64,000 nt of DNA from Eledone cirrhosa. Its lineage: Eukaryota. Within the stretch, counting starts at the first letter, position 1. Each line of letters opens with the position of its first letter. Position numbers and translations under genes: made by a program. The stretch is from assembly GCA_964016885.1 (NCBI GenBank), contig OZ024742.1, positions 57,536,001 through 57,600,000 of the forward strand, written 5' to 3'. The notes below the pieces were generated by a model, which was not told the origin of the DNA, did not search any database, and was given only the letters and a program-made list of their open reading frames with translations. Below are positions 63,601 through 64,000 of this stretch, one piece after another.

Positions 63601-64000
63601 AGTGTTGGTGGTGGAGGTAGTGGTCGTGGTAGTGTTGGTGGTGGTGGAGGTAGTGGTCGTGGTAGTGTTGGTGGTGGAGGTAGTGGTCGTGGTAGTGTTG
63701 GTGGTGGAGGTAGTGGTCGTCGTCTTCGTGGTAGTGTTGTTGGTGGTGGTGGTCGTGGTGGTGGTCGTCGTTTTCGTGGTAGTGTTGGTGGTGGTGGTGG
63801 TCGTCGTTTTCGTGGTAGTGTTGTTGGTGGTGGTGGTCGTCGTCGTTTTCGTGGTAGTGTTCGTGGTGGTGGTGGTCGTGGTGGTGGTCGTCGTTTTCGT
63901 GGTAGTGTTGGTGGTGGTGGTCGTCGTCGTTTTCGTGGTAGTGTACGTGGTGGTGGTGGTGGCGATGGCGGTGACAGTGTTTGTGATGGTGGTGGAGGCG
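54670..64000. repeat. ~9.3-kb 30/33-bp minisatellite GGTAGTGGTCGTGGTAGTGTTGGTGGT(GGT)GGA
   Basis: Direct reading; the unit degenerates after ~63720 and the array runs to the window end. Confidence 0.98.

Overview
AT-rich, repeat-saturated eukaryotic DNA. The SINE families, microsatellite load and transposon mix suggest a cephalopod (octopus-like) genome; this is inference, not a database result. No complete host gene is evident, and most ORFs in the track are microsatellite or antisense artefacts. Main contents: (1) a 16.4-kb head-to-tail array of three diverged Tx1-clade LINEs on the minus strand (9.3-25.7 kb), with GATA/GA/GGTA microsatellite at every junction and conserved UTR structures; (2) between 26.7 and 49.7 kb, a dense set of Penelope-like/retrozyme-like insertions in or near (TA)n tracts, including about ten type I hammerhead motifs (one with a canonical core and all three stems at 45569-45649, inside a 625-bp unit with a 40-bp terminal redundancy) and several asymmetric fold-back elements; (3) fossil mariner, piggyBac-like, hAT, CRE and RTE elements and many tRNA-derived SINEs; (4) a structured 95-bp satellite (53.2-54.1 kb) and a 9-kb 30/33-bp GGT-derived minisatellite running to the window end; (5) one candidate two-exon small host gene (minus strand, 26.6-27.8 kb). 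All motifs and pairings were read by eye; none was computed or searched.
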